From an uncultured Lentisphaerales bacterium (GTDB taxonomy: Bacteria; Verrucomicrobiota; Lentisphaeria; JABSQK01; UBA12247), in the NCBI GenBank assembly GCA_943788985.1, contig CALSSJ010000013.1, positions 21,521-85,520 on the forward strand: a DNA stretch of 64,000 nt. The letters run 5' to 3'. The notes beneath the pieces were generated by a model. That model was not told where the DNA came from. It saw only the letters and a program-made list of their open reading frames with translations, and searched no databases. Position numbers and translations under genes: made by a program. This document shows, piece by piece, positions 58,479 through 64,000 of this stretch (position 1 is the stretch's first letter; every line of letters begins with the position of its first letter).

Positions 58479-60977
58479 TCAGAGCTCGCCAGCGTAGCGC
58501 TCTTCGAGACTCCCACGAACGTTCACCTGTAGATCCTGAATCTTCCATGCATTGGCCCGTTCCACATCCCGTGGATCGGCCTTAAGCTTCTGAGTCGCAG
58601 ACAGCACTAGCTTCAGGCAGCCGTCACTCGCAGCCCCCCAAGCTCCGCCAAGATTACTAAACACGTGCTTGTTACCACCTCGGCTCGTCGCTTGCAGACG
58701 TTTGCCATCCGCGACATCAGGCTCAGCCAGTGCAAGCTCCCAGCGAATATTCGCCCCTCGGTTTGTGGTTGCCAGCGTCACCACCACCTCGTCCACGGAC
58801 AAGTGGCAAAGAAGCGGCGGTAACCAAACCTGGAAAACTCCCTCCAGAACGTCGGCGGTCTGTACTACCTTCGCCCACCCCTGCGGGCCTCGCAGCAGTC
58901 TCGAGCGAAACCCCAAAGGCTCGACGCGCACGAACGCCCCGGGGACGTAAATTTCCCCCGCCGAAGCGGCGAGCGTGGTCGGCAATAGGCGCAACTGCCT
59001 GCCCCCTGCTGAGAATCCCGCGTACACAGAATCCGATGACGTCAGTGGCCGTTCTATTGCCAGAACTGTCGTCGCCCACGCCTCTGAACATCCCTGAAAC
59101 AAAGCCCCATCCGCGCTGCCCTTTGCGAACTCCGCAAGCCCCAAGCTGCCGTCAGCAGTCTGCTCCACGCCCATCGCTCTCGCAGGCGCGATTAAACCCA
59201 GTTTTGCGGACTCCGCAACCCCCTCCGGAATTGCGCGTAGGCTGGGAATCGCAGGCCCAAACTGTACGGTGCCTCTCCCGGGCCCCACCGCCTGCGTGCC
59301 GCCGCCCAGGCGGGCCAGTCGCTTCGCTGCCCGAGGCCGCAGTTCGGTCTCTCGCAGCCGCAGTCGTCCGGCGTCGAATGTGAGAAGCAAAGGATCTCTC
59401 AGCCCGATTCCCGTACCTGCCTCGTGTGCTCGAGTTGCCCCAGGTTCTTCTCTCTTCTCCTTGGCATCCTTCTTGCGCTTCCTCGGTTGCATATTCCGGT
59501 TTTTCTTCAGGCGCGTGCTGCGGTCCAGCGGCACCAGAGGACGAAGGCGTTCATCGCAGTTGGCCGCGCTAATATCTACCGAGGTTGCTTTTTGTACGTA
59601 AAGCGAGACGAACGACTCTGTGCACAGCTCCTCAGTCCCGACGTTGCGCAGCTCGATCATGCTTTGCATGCGACGATCCTGGGCCGCCCCTCGGTTCGCC
59701 TCGTCAAAGATCAGCGCCGTCGCTGCTCCCCCCAGTACCACTGCCGACCCCCAGGCCACCGTGCGACGGCTGGTGATCTTGCCTGCCACCAGAAGCAGCA
59801 ACAGCGCAACCGCGTAGGCAGCAATCAGCTTGGCAATCGAGTTCGTCGAAGGAATCGCCACACCGGTCATGGCGTCCAACGCCTTGTCGAATTTTGGGGC
59901 TGGCGCCGACGATAGTGCCGTAGTCTGCCCACCAAACGCCAGTAGATGTCGCCACAGCAGCGTATGCGTCCCTGAGTCATTGAGTTCATCGGAACTTGTG
60001 TTGATGGCGATTAGCCCAACCACGCCGAGCCCATACCGCTTCCAGCTCACCAGCGGGAAATCCCCGGCGTACAAACTCACATACGCGTCTTCGTCAATCG
60101 CGCACTGCGCAAATGGCATCCCTAACGGCCATTCCACCGTCTTGCCTCCCAGATCCGCAAAGCTCAACGCCTCCACCTCTGTTAACCGAATGGGCGTAAC
60201 CGGCAAGAGATCCGCCAGCGGGCTATCCAGCGCCTCAACGGCAGTCACTGGATCCGCAAAAATAACACAGCCACCGCGGGCCACGTACCCGCGAATCGCC
60301 TCAATACTGCGCTGGTTCATCTTTTGAAAGTCCGGGGCTAGAAGCACCAGCGCAAAGGCGGAGTCATAGCCACTCCAATGCACTGGTATCTTGTGTGACT
60401 GAACCGCCACAGTCTTTACCTCTCCCCGCTGCCCTTTGGTCAGAGAGCGGAAGCTCATATCCAAGTCGTCACGCAAGATCCAAATCAGCCGCGTCTCCGC
60501 GGGCATCGTCTGGGCAATAATCTCGTCCGCGCCAGCCAGACTGCTACGTACCATCTGTCCGTTCTGGTAGCACGCCGTGCGGTAGCGGCTGTCCACCGAT
60601 GCAGTGACTGGAAGCCAAGAATTCAGTCGATGCTGCGGCGGAACCGTAATGGTTTGCTGAAACGTCCCCGCGTAGTTCCGCGACGCCGGGGTCAAGTTCA
60701 CATCGAACGTGACCATCTCATCGGACTTATTCTGGGCAGAACAAAGCCAATCGGCCCATGAGTTCGCCTTCAGGCGGGGAATCGACTGGCCAAGCTGTAT
60801 CGCGGTCGCTCTCAGCAGTTCAGCCCTTTCACTGACGATCTTGCCTTGCTGCGGTAAGTCATCTCTGGCCGCAGACGACAACGGTAGAAGCGCAAGCAAC
60901 AACAGACAGCAAACCAGCGGCAAGACTGCCGACGTCATGCCGCTTTGATACTCGCTCAATTGATGGTCGCTACGCAT
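58479..60977 (-). CDS. Large membrane-anchored hypothetical protein with glutamine-amidotransferase-like domain
   Basis: Signal peptide; WSGYD..IRGYVARGG..YGLGVV segment; two central TM helices; 832 aa open frame. Confidence 0.7.
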   Translation of the reverse strand: MRSDHQLSEYQSGMTSAVLPLVCCLLLLALLPLSSAARDDLPQQGKIVSERAELLRATAIQLGQSIPRLKANSWADWLCSAQNKSDEMVTFDVNLTPASRNYAGTFQQTITVPPQHRLNSWLPVTASVDSRYRTACYQNGQMVRSSLAGADEIIAQTMPAETRLIWILRDDLDMSFRSLTKGQRGEVKTVAVQSHKIPVHWSGYDSAFALVLLAPDFQKMNQRSIEAIRGYVARGGCVIFADPVTAVEALDSPLADLLPVTPIRLTEVEALSFADLGGKTVEWPLGMPFAQCAIDEDAYVSLYAGDFPLVSWKRYGLGVVGLIAINTSSDELNDSGTHTLLWRHLLAFGGQTTALSSAPAPKFDKALDAMTGVAIPSTNSIAKLIAAYAVALLLLLVAGKITSRRTVAWGSAVVLGGAATALIFDEANRGAAQDRRMQSMIELRNVGTEELCTESFVSLYVQKATSVDISAANCDERLRPLVPLDRSTRLKKNRNMQPRKRKKDAKEKREEPGATRAHEAGTGIGLRDPLLLTFDAGRLRLRETELRPRAAKRLARLGGGTQAVGPGRGTVQFGPAIPSLRAIPEGVAESAKLGLIAPARAMGVEQTADGSLGLAEFAKGSADGALFQGCSEAWATTVLAIERPLTSSDSVYAGFSAGGRQLRLLPTTLAASAGEIYVPGAFVRVEPLGFRSRLLRGPQGWAKVVQTADVLEGVFQVWLPPLLCHLSVDEVVVTLATTNRGANIRWELALAEPDVADGKRLQATSRGGNKHVFSNLGGAWGAASDGCLKLVLSATQKLKADPRDVERANAWKIQDLQVNVRGSLEERYAGEL

Positions 60978-61382
60978 GCTTTCGCATTCCCAGGCAGATG
61001 AATGTCACAAGTCCATGCGAGCAATTTTCCTCTATGGCAAAGCAGCGCCACGCACGACGCTAGGACAGTAGCAGTACGCGCACGCTCGTCTACGGGCTAT
61101 CAGCGGGTCCCTCCCCTGCCTGCTACAGTAAACCCTTGACTATTGCCAGCAGCCATCAATCATCGAGCGTTCCGTTCTCACATCTGGACTTGGGTGCGAA
61201 CTACGCAACCACGCTGGCGCTGTCACAACAATCTGGAATGGCAGTGGTGGCACGGACACCTTGGAAGACAGCATGGGGACCGATACAATTATCGTAACTG
61301 GCTTAGGCTGAAGCACGGTCGGCAGCTTTTCCTTCACCGGCGTTGAACCGATCAAATGCTGGCTTAAACTCGTAAATCCTTG

Positions 61383-61560
61383 AAGGTCGACGGCCAAGTC
61401 GTGCTCGTCGAGTTTCGCACCGAAGACCCCGAGGTGCCGATCAAACCCGATCACAAGATGTCCAGCGACCAAGTGCTCAAGTCAAACAGCTTTGAACTCG
61501 CTCGCTCGTTCGACAAACTCCTCTGGCAACACATGATGTTTTTCACGAAAACGAAATAGG
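61383..61560 (+). pseudogene. Class I methyltransferase C-terminal remnant
   Basis: GQVVLVEFRTEDPEVPIKPDHKMS..LLWQHMMFF with no start. Confidence 0.5.
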
Positions 61561-61690
61561 GGTCACCGCGTTTCAATTTGGGACCGCCGTTGTCTCTGCG
61601 AAAAGACCCGTCAATTTTATCGACATCACTGATTGCATTTTTGGTGTTATCGCGTGGCGTCCTCCTGTTAACCGGAGATTAATAAAGGAA

Positions 61691-62720
61691 ATGGCACAGT
61701 GGCTTGAGCGTGGCAGACGCAAGCCACTGGTGCTTCGGGGCGCCAGCCAGGTGGGAAAAACCTGGCCCGTTCGCGAACTGGCTCGACGTGCGGGCTTAGA
61801 ATTGGTTGAACTGAATTTCGAAGAGCAACTGGTGTCGTTCCTATCGACAGCAACCACGGAACAACCGTCGGTCCCTGTGCATGACAAACTCATGCGATTG
61901 TATCGGGAGTATACCGTTGTCGGTGGCATGCCAGATGCGGTCATGGAGTGGCTTGATACGCACTCGGCCGTGGCCGTGGCCGTGGCCGACGTCCACCAAA
62001 ACTTGATTCGGACCTATCGCGAGGACTTTAACAAATACCCCTCGCGATTGGAATTTGGAGCGATCGAGAAGGTCATGGCAGCAGTGCCGCAACTGCTTGG
62101 GCAGAAGTTCAAGTACAGCAACGTCGATCGCGAGTCGAGAGTTGAGCCCCTACGGCGAAGCCTTGAACTGCTGACAACAGCACGTGTGTGCCACACCATT
62201 CGACACACGAGCGGCAACGGCATTCCATTGGCCGCAGAAGAAAGCCAGCGAATCTTCAAGACCATCTTGCTCGGTGTCGTTCTCGTATCATCCATGCAGG
62301 GGATTGTGTTGGAAAACGATGCAGAGATTGCTCGGCTCATTCGTGCGAAAGCCGGTGGGATTGCTGAATAGGCCGGAGGGCAGATGCTGCGCGCTGCAGT
62401 CGAATCCTTCGTTGATCCAGCCGTGTATTACAATCGCCGCGAGAAAAAGGGATCCGAGGCCGAGTTAGGCTATTTCCTGGCACATGGCTCGCGCGTCGTT
62501 CCGCTCGAGGTAACGGCAGGTGCGACCGGCAGCCTGAAGGCATTGCACCATTTCATGCATCGTCGACAATTGCTACTGGCGGTACGAATCAACGCCGATC
62601 CCATTTCTGCTACCCCCCGTCGAGATGCGCCTCAATGGCGGCGATATGGCTCGGTATACGCTGCTCTCAATTCCATTCTATCTCACCGGGCAAGTCAGGC
62701 ACCTGCTGCCTGAGCTCTAA
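61691..62720 (+). pseudogene. AAA+ ATPase/DUF4143 family pseudogene
   Basis: LRGASQVGKT, LNFE, YTVVGGMP, GGIAE*, YY.REKKGSEAE, PLEV; internal deletion and TAG at 62369-62371. Confidence 0.75.
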
Positions 62721-62755
62721 CGCGACCTTGACCCGGCCGAATTTTCTCCAAGAGC

Positions 62756-64000
62756 CTACTGATACACGAACCAGGCTGTAGCAGTCACGTCTTTGTCGGC
62801 GGTCACGCGTACCCAATGGGCCGCGTAGCCTTCTGGGAATTTGTGGGTCAGCGTTCTGCCAGCTTCGACCTGAAAGGTCTGGTACGTGTGGAAACCAGTC
62901 CAATGGTCGATGTCCACCGCAACGGTAATGGCACAGTCCTGATTCGCACTCAGTTCCAGGGTCTTCTGGTCGTACCCGGTCATCAGATAAGGATCGGAAG
63001 GAACGCCAGCCGTGACCGCGGTATCCTTCCAGGGTCCGCCGACGCCGACTGGCTTACCCAACTTCCACAGATCGTCGATGCCTCCCAACCAAAGGGATGT
63101 GCCGCCGTCTGCAGATTTGTAGACATGGTTGGACTCTTGCGCATCCGCCTTTAGCCCTGCCAGAACCAGCAGGCCATTCCAGGTAGTGAAGTCGCTGATC
63201 TGTTTGTTGTGCGAGCAGACAGGGCGCATCTTGGTGTACAGAGCGGGCTGCCCCACGATCCAGAATGGAACTTCGTAGAATGTGCCGTGAATGTTGGCCA
63301 TCATCCGCTCGGACTCGATTTCCCGGTGCATACGCGGATGCCCAAACTCGAACGGCCGATCGTAGCGATCTGACCCTTTGGGCAGGCGCAGCACGGTGCG
63401 ATTGCCCTTCTTGCCGACAATGGCCCGGTTTTCGTGGCTGATCAGGATCACAGAGGCGTCGTCCACCTCGAACTCTGGCCGAACCGTCAGCTTCTTCTTC
63501 AGGCCTGCGTCAGCGTGAGTTGCCTGAAAGTCGAAGCCAAACTTGGTAAAGTCATACCACGAATCGCCATTGATCACACGCAGGTGGCGATTGCGTTTCG
63601 CAGGGAACAGCAGAGCACTGGTCACCGTTTGATCGTCGAGCTCGGCGACAGCCTGAAATAGCTCGGCACCGGCAGCAGCATTTTGGTAGGTGTCGTCCGT
63701 AAGGTGGAACGAGACGGTAGCGTTGCAATCCCGGTTTGCCGTGACCCGAATCCACTGCGCAGCGAAATCCTCGGGTAATAGGTGCGCGCGGTAGCCATCG
63801 ACCTCGAAGGTTTTGTAGTCGCTGAAGCTCCCGTCCCCGTTCTTGTCAATCTGCAGCGTGTAGCTGACGGGCCGGTCGGCCGCCAGGTGAACGACGCAAC
63901 GCGGAAAGCCATTCATCAGAAATGGAGCGGATGCAACTCCAGCTCCGATCGGGTCATTCATGTAGATGGAACCAGCGCCGTTACGCGGTCCCCACTGCTT
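62756..64000 (-). CDS. Hypothetical protein, 5' end beyond the window
   Basis: Open frame from 64000 to the stop at 62756; duplicated SAPFLMNG/SDPYLMTG modules; GGIDDLWKLGKP. Confidence 0.8.
   Translation of the reverse strand, partial: KQWGPRNGAGSIYMNDPIGAGVASAPFLMNGFPRCVVHLAADRPVSYTLQIDKNGDGSFSDYKTFEVDGYRAHLLPEDFAAQWIRVTANRDCNATVSFHLTDDTYQNAAAGAELFQAVAELDDQTVTSALLFPAKRNRHLRVINGDSWYDFTKFGFDFQATHADAGLKKKLTVRPEFEVDDASVILISHENRAIVGKKGNRTVLRLPKGSDRYDRPFEFGHPRMHREIESERMMANIHGTFYEVPFWIVGQPALYTKMRPVCSHNKQISDFTTWNGLLVLAGLKADAQESNHVYKSADGGTSLWLGGIDDLWKLGKPVGVGGPWKDTAVTAGVPSDPYLMTGYDQKTLELSANQDCAITVAVDIDHWTGFHTYQTFQVEAGRTLTHKFPEGYAAHWVRVTADKDVTATAWFVYQ

Noticed and set aside
61140-61380. Gly/Thr-rich RTX/autotransporter-like fragment
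   Set aside because: Short, interrupted by stops, and not assignable to a family.

Overview
A ~60% GC bacterial region, most likely from a PVC-superphylum organism (Lentisphaerota/Kiritimatiellota-like). That call rests on two giant PVC-type CxxCH heme proteins, an FTLIELL prepilin-type gene, a kinase-TPR-LRR protein and a ccsA-hemA pair. The window appears to span the replication terminus: a dif-like XerCD site at 24128-24155 sits where KOPS-type octamers (GGGNAGGG) switch strand. Intact housekeeping genes (mntR, xseA, hemA, mutL, slyX, kdsB) alternate with many decayed accessory genes: GH2, GH36 x2, sulfatase x2, GFA, DUF2071, an AAA ATPase and an IS1634 fragment. Main points of interest are: (1) a 275-bp pseudo-palindromic MITE with 30-bp GGGCCC TIRs and a TTA target duplication inside a prepilin-type gene, plus a second partial copy; (2) a sigma70-like promoter with a G12 spacer driving a LamG surface protein operon, suggesting phase variation; (3) a ~1.1-kb intergenic block holding a 6S-like RNA candidate, an unannotated 49-aa ORF and two further structured-RNA candidates; (4) an intact type III PKS-methyltransferase-flavin monooxygenase cluster; (5) a pseudokinase-TM-TPR-LRR protein and a catalytically degenerate GH99-like protein. 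All family calls come from motif recognition by eye; no database searches or folding programs were run.
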